From contig JAUZOO010000002.1 of NCBI GenBank assembly GCA_030706405.1, positions 385,167 through 449,166 on the forward strand: DNA of 64,000 nt. Direction: 5' to 3'. Under the pieces are notes generated by a model that saw only the letters and a list, made by a program, of their open reading frames with translations, was not told the DNA's origin and searched no databases. Positions 57,168 to 64,000 of the stretch are shown here, in pieces; position 1 is the stretch's first letter, and each line of letters opens with the position of its first letter. The DNA comes from Bacteroidota bacterium. GTDB lineage: Bacteria; Bacteroidota; Bacteroidia; Bacteroidales; JAAUTT01. The translations under genes were made by a program, and so were the position numbers.

Positions 57168-57817
57168 TTTGGTGACTTAGTGATTGTAAACAGATTTTTA
57201 TCCAACCAAGGCATGTTTAGCTTAGACATATATAAATAGCAAATATGTGCAGTAATTACGCCAATAAATGATCCCGCCATAATATCGATAAGATAATGTT
57301 GCGACAAATATACTCTTGAATACGCAATCAAACATGCAAAAATAAGCATTAACATTTTAGCCCATCCCTGTTTAAAGACGAAAGCAAAAGAAATCAGAAC
57401 ACCAAAGGCCGTTGCCGAGTGCCCCGAAGGAAAACTGTTATAACTATACATCTTAACCCCAGGAACTAGGTGTAATTGTATCCCTGCCTTTATCATTTCG
57501 GCAGGCCGCGAAATATCGCTGAACGCAAAGTGTTTTAAAAGTTGTACTGCAAGTCCCGATAACAAAAAAACAAGCACCAAAAGGAGGGCAAACCGAAATC
57601 TGATTAGTGCCATAATTCCAACAAAAAGAGGAAGGAAAGCCCCATCGCCGAGATATGTGAGGTATTTAAAAAAATAATCGCCAAAGGTTGAATAGTGTTG
57701 ATTGAACCAAAAGTGGATATCCCATTTAGAATATTGCACAATAACAAATCCAAAGGCAAAAATTAAACATAAGTATGGGATATAAAACCACTTATGCTCT
57801 GAAATCAACAACTTCAT
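57164..57817 (-). CDS. PAP2 family membrane phosphatase
   Basis: 217 aa with the PAP2 motifs SFPSGHS and SRVYLSQHYLID. Its stop overlaps the start of the ArnT-like gene (ATGA). Confidence 0.8.
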   Translation of the reverse strand: MKLLISEHKWFYIPYLCLIFAFGFVIVQYSKWDIHFWFNQHYSTFGDYFFKYLTYLGDGAFLPLFVGIMALIRFRFALLLVLVFLLSGLAVQLLKHFAFSDISRPAEMIKAGIQLHLVPGVKMYSYNSFPSGHSATAFGVLISFAFVFKQGWAKMLMLIFACLIAYSRVYLSQHYLIDIMAGSFIGVITAHICYLYMSKLNMPWLDKNLFTITKSPK

Positions 57818-58077
57818 AAATTATTTTTGAGGCTAAAGATAAATTAATTTTACACGCTGAATTTTAAGCTAAATAGAAATTTAATACTTTTAGTCCGCCT
57901 AAAATATATATTATACCGTTGATATTATTGTATGATAAGGCTTAAGATATGGAGATGAAGAATTTTCTGTCAAAGAAAATAAACCAACAATTGGGGTATC
58001 GCTACCTTTCAATCGTCATATATACAGGAAGCTTAAATTTTGTCATTTCACACTAATTTTATACTATAACAATCACA

Positions 58078-59118
58078 ATGAGTACAATTAAAAACAACTG
58101 GGAACGTCGTTGGCACCCCATCCTGAGGGAATGGGTAGTAATTGCCGCTAATACGAATGAACGCCCATGGTCAGGAGCAAAAGTTTCTGCTACCGAAGAA
58201 AAGAGTCCCGAATTTGACCCCGGATGCTACCTTTGCCCGGGAATAACACGCGCTTCGGGCGTGCAAAACCCCAACTATACAAAACCCTTCGCATTTACCA
58301 ACGATTTTGCCTCGTTCGGACTGAATGCCCCCGACGTACATCAAAATAGTCCTTTTGAAGTAGTTGAACCGGCCCAGGGAACATGTCGTGTAATCTGTTT
58401 CTCGCCGAAACACAACGTAACGCTTGCCGAAATGTCGCAACCCGAAATTGAAGACGTTTATGCACTTTGGCAGGATGAATACCGCACTCTGGCAAGCAAC
58501 CCTGTCATCAAAAATGTTTTAATTTTTGAGAATAAAGGAAAAGCTATCGGAGTTTCGAACCCGCACCCGCACGGGCAGATTTACGCAACAGGCTATGTTC
58601 CCAAGATAGTAGAACGCGAAGTTGAATCGGCCGTTCTTTATCGTCAGGAAAAAGGGAGCTGCCTGTTCTGCGATTTAGTTGAATTTGAACTGAGTAAAAA
58701 ATCGCGCATTGTAGCCGAAAATGACCATTTTGTAGCTTTCATTCCATTCTTCGCACGGTATGTGTACGAAACGTATATTGTTCCACGCCGTCATGTGGCC
58801 CGCATTACCGAGCTTACTGCCGACGAGATAAAATCTTTGGCAGCTATTCATAAGGACATGATTGTGAAGTTCGACAACCTTTTTGAGATGTCGTTCCCGA
58901 ACATCACCATGATGCACAATGCTCCTACGGAAGATACGCCCGAAAACAACGATTTCCATTTCCATATCGAGTTTTATCCTCCATTGCGTTCACCGGACAA
59001 ATTGAAATACCTCGCCGGATTCGAATCAGGTGGAGGGAACATCATCAATCCAATAATGCCTGACGAAGCTGCTGCTCAGTTACGGAGTATCTCTACGGAG
59101 CATTACAAACAGCGGTAA
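58078..59118 (+). CDS. galT: Galactose-1-phosphate uridylyltransferase (UDP-glucose--hexose-1-phosphate uridylyltransferase)
   Basis: 346 aa with zinc-site CYLCPG and the active-site HPHGQ (SNPHPHGQIYA). Confidence 0.9.
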   Translation: MSTIKNNWERRWHPILREWVVIAANTNERPWSGAKVSATEEKSPEFDPGCYLCPGITRASGVQNPNYTKPFAFTNDFASFGLNAPDVHQNSPFEVVEPAQGTCRVICFSPKHNVTLAEMSQPEIEDVYALWQDEYRTLASNPVIKNVLIFENKGKAIGVSNPHPHGQIYATGYVPKIVEREVESAVLYRQEKGSCLFCDLVEFELSKKSRIVAENDHFVAFIPFFARYVYETYIVPRRHVARITELTADEIKSLAAIHKDMIVKFDNLFEMSFPNITMMHNAPTEDTPENNDFHFHIEFYPPLRSPDKLKYLAGFESGGGNIINPIMPDEAAAQLRSISTEHYKQR

Positions 59119-59124
59119 TCATCA

Positions 59125-59509
59125 AGGCTAACGCATTTTAAAAGAGAGAAGACAGTTTTATTAGATCTTGTTACTTTTTTATCGAAAAAAGTAACCAAAA
59201 ACTCTGACTGCAAGAACTCGTTTCGCCTATCGGCTTCACTCAAACAGCTTGCAGCCATTATTTGTTTTTTAGTTTAAGCCTTTGGCTGCCCTGAACGTTA
59301 AATTTTTGATGAATTTTAATTCAGAGCACCCAAAGGATAAAACAATAATTCCATATAATGACTACGGGTTGTTTGAATGAAGTCGAGGAACGAGACAAAA
59401 TGAGTTCCCGCAGTCAGACTTTTTCTTTGTTTCGTTTCTTTTGGGGCGCAAAAAGAAATGAAAAACTTATAAGCTGTCAGGCTTTAATAATTCTAAATGC
59501 GTTTGACCT
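59125..59509. repeat. ~385-bp imperfect inverted repeat (long palindrome) filling the galT downstream intergenic region
   Basis: Matched blocks in the left arm and the reverse-complemented right arm: aacgcattt, tctgactgc, gaactc.ttt, cttca.tcaaaca, cattat, ttgtttt, cctttgg.tgc.ctgaa, ttaaa. The centre is near 59310. Each outer arm also carries its own A/T-run hairpin (59170-59196 and 59434-59459). Confidence 0.5.
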
Positions 59510-59605
59510 AAGTTAACCATTAATTAAAAGATAATAAATTGAGTAAAGGATTAATATCTTCGCTCTATTTTTAACCCTTTAAACAACTAACCCAAATTTT
59601 AAACC

Positions 59606-60133
59606 ATGAAAAGAGTTTTGTTTTCCCTGTTATTTGTATCGGCTTTGTTTGCAGGACAAGCTTTTGGCCAGGTAGGTAAATCCGTCTCGCCGTTACAGCT
59701 TATCGATGCCAACGACAAGCCTAAGGCTATTCCCTCAATCGGTAAAAAGGTAATAATGATCTTTTATACCGATCCCGATGTTAAAGATGTTAATGATCCC
59801 CTTTCTGAGGTGGTTAAAGCAAAAGGATATCCCAAGGATAAATACCAAGCCATTGGGGTAGCTAACTGCAAAGATACCTGGATTCCTAACTCCGGAATTC
59901 GTATGAAAGCCCGTCAGAAAGAAAAGCAATTTCCCGAAAGCCTTATTCTTTTAGATGAAAACCATACCCTCGCGCAAGCCTGGGGATTAGGCGACTGCAA
60001 TGGTGCTGGTGTAGTGGTTATCATTGGTAAGGATTCGAAAGTTAAATTTGTACGGAATATTAAGAACGCGGCTGAGAGTAAAGCAGCCATCTCAAGTGTT
60101 TTAAAAATTCTGGACGAAGAAATAGCCAAATAA
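59606..60133 (+). CDS. Secreted thioredoxin-fold-like protein lacking a CXXC motif (YtfJ-like)
   Basis: 175 aa with a signal peptide (FAGQAFGQ) and a redoxin-like beta-alpha pattern (KVIMIFYTDPD). There is no CXXC. The assignment is tentative. Confidence 0.4.
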   Translation: MKRVLFSLLFVSALFAGQAFGQVGKSVSPLQLIDANDKPKAIPSIGKKVIMIFYTDPDVKDVNDPLSEVVKAKGYPKDKYQAIGVANCKDTWIPNSGIRMKARQKEKQFPESLILLDENHTLAQAWGLGDCNGAGVVVIIGKDSKVKFVRNIKNAAESKAAISSVLKILDEEIAK

Positions 60134-60174
60134 TATATTCTTCAAAGTACGAGATAAAACATCTCTGCCAATCG

Positions 60175-60218
60175 CTCCCGCATCCTGGGTTTCTATAAGC
60201 CTTAGATGCGGGAGTTTT
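60175..60218 (+). terminator. Stem-loop terminator after the YtfJ-like gene
   Basis: 10-bp stem ctcccgcatc / gatgcgggag followed by TTTT. Confidence 0.45.
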
Positions 60219-60256
60219 ATTTACCGGTGTGCAGTTTATCAACTCTAATAATCAGT

Positions 60257-60264
60257 TATATTTG
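60257..60264 (+). promoter_or_regulatory. Candidate -7 box (TATATTTG) for the Cof hydrolase gene
   Basis: Matches TAnnTTTG 27 nt upstream of the ATG at 60291. Confidence 0.35.
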
Positions 60265-60290
60265 CGCCTCAATTTACAATACCTGAGGTT

Positions 60291-61127
60291 ATGGTTGAAG
60301 ATGTTACAAAGAATCCCACAACAAGGAAATACAAAATGTTAGTCCTAGATTTAGACGATACATTACTTACCGACGATTATCAGATTTCGGATAAAAACAG
60401 AAAAATGCTTATAGAGGCCCAGCAAAAGGGTGTTAAGGTTGTATTAGCGTCGGGCAGGCCAACACCGGCGATAATGCCTTATGCTGAGGAACTGGAACTT
60501 TCCCGGTATGGTTCTTTCGTCATCTCATTCAACGGAGGAACCATCACCGATATGCGCAAACAGGAAGTGATTTTCGAACGAAGCCTTACCACAGAAGAAA
60601 TACACAGCCTGCACGATTTTAGTCTCGAAAATAAGGTACACATCTTAACCTATTCGGCAAAAGGAGTTATCAGCGAAACAAACTCTGAGTATATCGATGT
60701 TGAATTATCGCTTACAGGTCTGCCACACCATAAAGTAGATAGTTTTAAGGATGAAGTAAATGCCCCGGCAGTAAAATGTATTTTACTTGAAGAGCCATCT
60801 TATCTCAAAAAGGTTGAAAAGAAACTAAAAAATGAACGTTCTGATCTGAGCATTTCTATCTCGAAGCCATTTTTTCTGGAGGTTATGCCCAAGGGCATCG
60901 ATAAAGCTGCCAGTATCGACTTGCTGGCAAAACAATTGAATATTAAACAAGAAGAAGTTATTGCCGTTGGTAATGCAGGAAACGACCTTAGCATGGTTCA
61001 ATATGCCGGGCTGGGCGTTTGGGTAGATAACGTTTCTCCCGATTTACGCCACCTTGCCGATATTGTTGTGGCCTCAAACAATAATGACGGAGTTGCCGAA
61101 GTAGTTGAACGCTTTATTTTGCAATAA
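60291..61127 (+). CDS. Cof-type HAD-IIB family phosphatase
   Basis: 278 aa with LDLDDTLL (DxD nucleophile), ASGR, and GNAGNDLSM. The start may instead be 60336 (MLVLDLDD). Confidence 0.85.
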   Translation: MVEDVTKNPTTRKYKMLVLDLDDTLLTDDYQISDKNRKMLIEAQQKGVKVVLASGRPTPAIMPYAEELELSRYGSFVISFNGGTITDMRKQEVIFERSLTTEEIHSLHDFSLENKVHILTYSAKGVISETNSEYIDVELSLTGLPHHKVDSFKDEVNAPAVKCILLEEPSYLKKVEKKLKNERSDLSISISKPFFLEVMPKGIDKAASIDLLAKQLNIKQEEVIAVGNAGNDLSMVQYAGLGVWVDNVSPDLRHLADIVVASNNNDGVAEVVERFILQ

Positions 61128-61142
61128 TCTTTTTACATAAAT

Positions 61143-61183
61143 AAGAAAGGCTGACATTATCTTATAAAATGTCAGCCTTTCTT
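61143..61183. terminator. Bidirectional terminator between convergent genes
   Basis: 15-bp perfect stem aagaaaggctgacat / atgtcagcctttctt. Confidence 0.7.
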
Positions 61184-61186
61184 GTT

Positions 61187-62587
61187 TTAGAGTTCGAACT
61201 CCTGCCCTATCGACGGTATTTCAATGTTTTTAAAACCTCGGTCTTCCAGTTTTTCTTTATAGTGCAGCTGCGATTTATACTCACCATGCACCACAAATAC
61301 CTTTTGAACTTTCGATTTATCCTGACAATCCAGAAAGCTGAGCATTTCTTTGTAATCGCCATGACCACTATACGACTCCAGACGCTTAACATCGGCCAGA
61401 ACTTCATATTCGGTACCAAAAATAGATACCTTTTTATCGCCGCGTACTATTTTGGCACCAAGTGTGGACGGAGAACAATAACCAACCGAAAGGATGGTAT
61501 TGCGCGAATCGGAAATGCTGTTAGCCAGGTGATGTTTTACACGCCCGGCCTCCATCATGCCCGATGAAGATATAATCACGCATGGTTCCTTATGGTTGTT
61601 CAATTCCTTGGATTCCGAAGGCTCCTGGATATAATAAAGACTGTTAAACCCAAACGGATCGGAGTCTTTTTCCATGACTTCCATGAAAGAATCATTAAAA
61701 CATTCCCAATGTAGACGGAAGATATTCGTAGCATTTACCGAAAGCGGACTATCTACAAAGATGTCTATCTTGGGCAAACGACCATCGTTATAAAAATTGT
61801 TGAGCGAATACACCACTTCCTGGGTACGGCCTACACTGAACGAAGGAATAATCAGTTTTCCCTTTTTACGCACACAGGTATCTTCCACAATTTTCAGCAA
61901 CTGTTCCTCGGCAAATTCATTTCCTTCATGTAAACGATCGCCATAGGTGGATTCGGTAATCAACACATCGGCCTGCGGAAACTTATCGGGCGATTTAAGG
62001 ATACGATTTGTAGGACGGCCAATATCGCCGGTATAAGCAATCTTGGTTGTCTTTCCGTCTTCAGTAATTTCGAGGTTTATAACCCCTCCGCCCAACAAAT
62101 GTCCGGTATTGGTAAAGTTTACTTTAATGTTGGGGAGAATTTCAAAAGCCATATCGTACGGGATGCTCACAAAAAGCTTCATGCAGCGTTGGGCATCAAT
62201 CTTGGTATAAATAGGATCAACAGGAGGCAAACCTTTTTTGGCCCGTTTCTTATTAAACCAAATAGTATCATGCTCCTGAATATGGCCGCAATCCATCAGC
62301 ATAATCGAACATAAATCGCGCGTAGCAGGTGTACAAAAGATTTTTCCGGAAAAACCTTCTTTAAAGATATAAGGGATTAACCCGCAATGGTCGATATGTG
62401 CATGAGTAAGGATTAATACATCGATTTCGGAAGGCTTAAAACCCAATTCGCGGTTCATGGAATCGGTTTCCATGCCTTTTCCCTGGTACATGCCGCAATC
62501 GAGCAATATTTTTTTGCCATTATTGGTCGTAATCAAATGTTTACTGCCAGTAACTTCGCGGGCGGCTCCAAGAAACTGTATTTTCAT
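61187..62587 (-). CDS. MBL-fold beta-CASP family ribonuclease (CPSF/RNase J-like)
   Basis: Start chosen at MKIQFLGAAREVTGS (62587). Motifs are THAHIDHCG, a beta-CASP region, and the C-terminal GHGD..VHGE. Confidence 0.85.
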   Translation of the reverse strand: MKIQFLGAAREVTGSKHLITTNNGKKILLDCGMYQGKGMETDSMNRELGFKPSEIDVLILTHAHIDHCGLIPYIFKEGFSGKIFCTPATRDLCSIMLMDCGHIQEHDTIWFNKKRAKKGLPPVDPIYTKIDAQRCMKLFVSIPYDMAFEILPNIKVNFTNTGHLLGGGVINLEITEDGKTTKIAYTGDIGRPTNRILKSPDKFPQADVLITESTYGDRLHEGNEFAEEQLLKIVEDTCVRKKGKLIIPSFSVGRTQEVVYSLNNFYNDGRLPKIDIFVDSPLSVNATNIFRLHWECFNDSFMEVMEKDSDPFGFNSLYYIQEPSESKELNNHKEPCVIISSSGMMEAGRVKHHLANSISDSRNTILSVGYCSPSTLGAKIVRGDKKVSIFGTEYEVLADVKRLESYSGHGDYKEMLSFLDCQDKSKVQKVFVVHGEYKSQLHYKEKLEDRGFKNIEIPSIGQEFEL

Positions 62588-62776
62588 AGGATATTGAATT
62601 AGTGTATTGCAAAGATAGAAGTGAAGGAGAAACGGCAATAGACATTGCAGGGTTTATTACAGCGCAATAACATTTTTTAACAGTAAAACCTTAATATTTA
62701 TGCCGGTTTATTCCATTTTGCCTCCCCATCGGAACAAACAAATCATTACTTTCGCGCCTCAAAAATTTAAAAACCG

Positions 62777-64000
62777 ATGACATATAAATGTGGCTTAGAC
62801 TTTGGCACCTCCAACTCCGCAATATCCATTACCGATACCCGTACCAAACAGAATGTAATGATCGAAAGCGACAGCTCGATTCTGTATTTTGCCAATTCCA
62901 GGGAACTGTCGTATGCGGTTGGTAAAGAAGCGATCCACGAATACGTTTGCTCCGGGATGGAAGGACGCTTATTAAAATCGGTAAAGACGCTGCTCAAACA
63001 AAAAGACTTTCAGCATACCAATATTTTTGGCCGTAAACATACCCCTTCCGATTTGGCATCTTACATCATTACTCATCTGAAACAAAAAGCAGAGGCGTTT
63101 CTAAACCACGAAATCGACGAAGTTGTGTTGGGCCGCCCCGTAATCTTTTCCGAAGACCCTGAGAAGGAGAAAATAGCCGTCGACCGGCTTATCAAAGCCG
63201 CCACCAATGCCGGGTTTAAGGATATTGAGCTGCTTTATGAGCCCATTGCTGCCGCTTTTTCGTACGAAGTAACGCTGGATAAGCACGAACGTGTTCTGGT
63301 AGCCGATTTCGGCGGCGGAACATCCGATTTTACGGTGATGGACCTCGGCCCGGACCGTATTCATGCCAAAGACCGTAAACAGGATATCATTGCCAATGGT
63401 GGAGTTTATATCGGCGGCGACCTTTTTGATTCCGAAACCATGTGGCACAAAGTTACACCACTGCTTGGCCGTGGATCTAAATATCAATCGTACGGTAAAG
63501 AACTGGAAATACCATTGGCCATTCACTGGGAACTCAAAAAATGGGAACGTTCATTCCTCTTAAAAGAGTCCAAATTACGCCGCGACCTCAATAATTTCTA
63601 CCGCTCGTCGGGAAATAACAAGCGCATTCACGATTTAATGACCTTGATTGATCATAACTTGGTTTATTCTCTTTTTCAACAAATTGAAAAGTCAAAAATA
63701 GACCTTTCTTCATGCGAAGAGACGTTTGTTGCATTTAAAAACCAGACCATAGACATAAAAGAAAGTATGTCGTTAACCGAATTTTCCTCTTTCCTGAAAA
63801 AGGAAATGGAAACCATTGAACAATACCTGATAAGCTTATTGGATAAGGCAAACTTAACGCCCAACGATATCGATACCGTCTTCCTCACCGGCGGAAGTTC
63901 GTCTGTAGTGCCCATTAACTGGCTCTTTGAACGGATATTTGGCAAGCATAAAATACGTACCGGAAATAATTTTAATAGCATTGCGCTTGGATTATCGCTC
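62777..64000 (+). CDS. Hsp70/actin-fold ATPase (YegD-like), 3'-truncated by the window end
   Basis: I translated an open frame of 408 codons from the ATG at 62777 to nt 64000 (MTYKCGLDFGTSNSAISI, VLGRPV, YEPIAAAF, VADFGGGTSDF, FLTGGSS). It is absent from the ORF track, presumably because no stop codon is reached. Confidence 0.8.
   Translation, partial: MTYKCGLDFGTSNSAISITDTRTKQNVMIESDSSILYFANSRELSYAVGKEAIHEYVCSGMEGRLLKSVKTLLKQKDFQHTNIFGRKHTPSDLASYIITHLKQKAEAFLNHEIDEVVLGRPVIFSEDPEKEKIAVDRLIKAATNAGFKDIELLYEPIAAAFSYEVTLDKHERVLVADFGGGTSDFTVMDLGPDRIHAKDRKQDIIANGGVYIGGDLFDSETMWHKVTPLLGRGSKYQSYGKELEIPLAIHWELKKWERSFLLKESKLRRDLNNFYRSSGNNKRIHDLMTLIDHNLVYSLFQQIEKSKIDLSSCEETFVAFKNQTIDIKESMSLTEFSSFLKKEMETIEQYLISLLDKANLTPNDIDTVFLTGGSSSVVPINWLFERIFGKHKIRTGNNFNSIALGLSL

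Noticed and set aside
57949-58056. 35-aa ORF (MEMKNFLSKKINQQLGYRYLSIVIYTGSLNFVISH) in the 260-nt spacer upstream of galT.
   Set aside because: It has no functional context, no recognisable features, and ordinary AT-rich spacer composition. It cannot be supported without conservation data.
1-64000. Search for CRISPR arrays, IS elements, integrases, prophage genes, toxin-antitoxin pairs or known defence-system genes.
   Set aside because: I saw no spaced direct-repeat arrays, no transposase, recombinase or phage-like ORFs, and no recognisable defence domains. The only large repeat is the 59125..59509 palindrome, reported separately.

Overview
This is a low-GC chromosomal segment that looks like Bacteroidota. 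The evidence is TAnnTTTG -7 promoter boxes, weak or absent Shine-Dalgarno sites, many lipoproteins and outer-membrane beta-barrels, and a DUF4295-type mini-gene after rpmG. Most of the window is housekeeping: ribB, prfC, fabG, tRNA-Thr(CGU) and tRNA-Gly(CCC), cinA, rpmB-rpmG, ftsY, rimO, gyrA, clpC, RNase P RNA, queA, an RSH (p)ppGpp enzyme, rarA, kdsA, flavodoxin, 2-oxoacid dehydrogenase E1/E2, msrB, galT and a beta-CASP RNase. I saw no transposase, integrase, CRISPR array or rRNA. The stand-out is a minus-strand operon running from 10868 down to 6315, preceded by a perfect 24-bp palindrome over its promoter. Its gene order is ArsR-family repressor, 70-aa Cys-tailed membrane protein, ArsM-like methyltransferase, exported thioredoxin lipoprotein, an unannotated 32-aa Cys-containing peptide (9056..9154, below the ORF-track cutoff), a radical SAM/SPASM maturase with an N-terminal extension, and a thioredoxin-thioredoxin reductase fusion. 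I read this as a candidate metalloid- or redox-responsive RiPP-like system; I cannot match it to a described ars operon type or RiPP class from memory, and the function is inference only. Secondary items are a five-gene envelope operon (cytochrome-c-like repeats with CX4CH/CXXCH motifs, a beta-barrel, YceI and an OB-like protein), a ~385-bp imperfect palindrome downstream of galT, an orphan SiaC-like DUF1987 gene, and a PAP2/ArnT-like/GT2 putative lipid A remodelling trio. The ORF track also misses a 3'-truncated Hsp70-like gene at the window end. All family assignments come from reading motifs by eye; no database search was possible.
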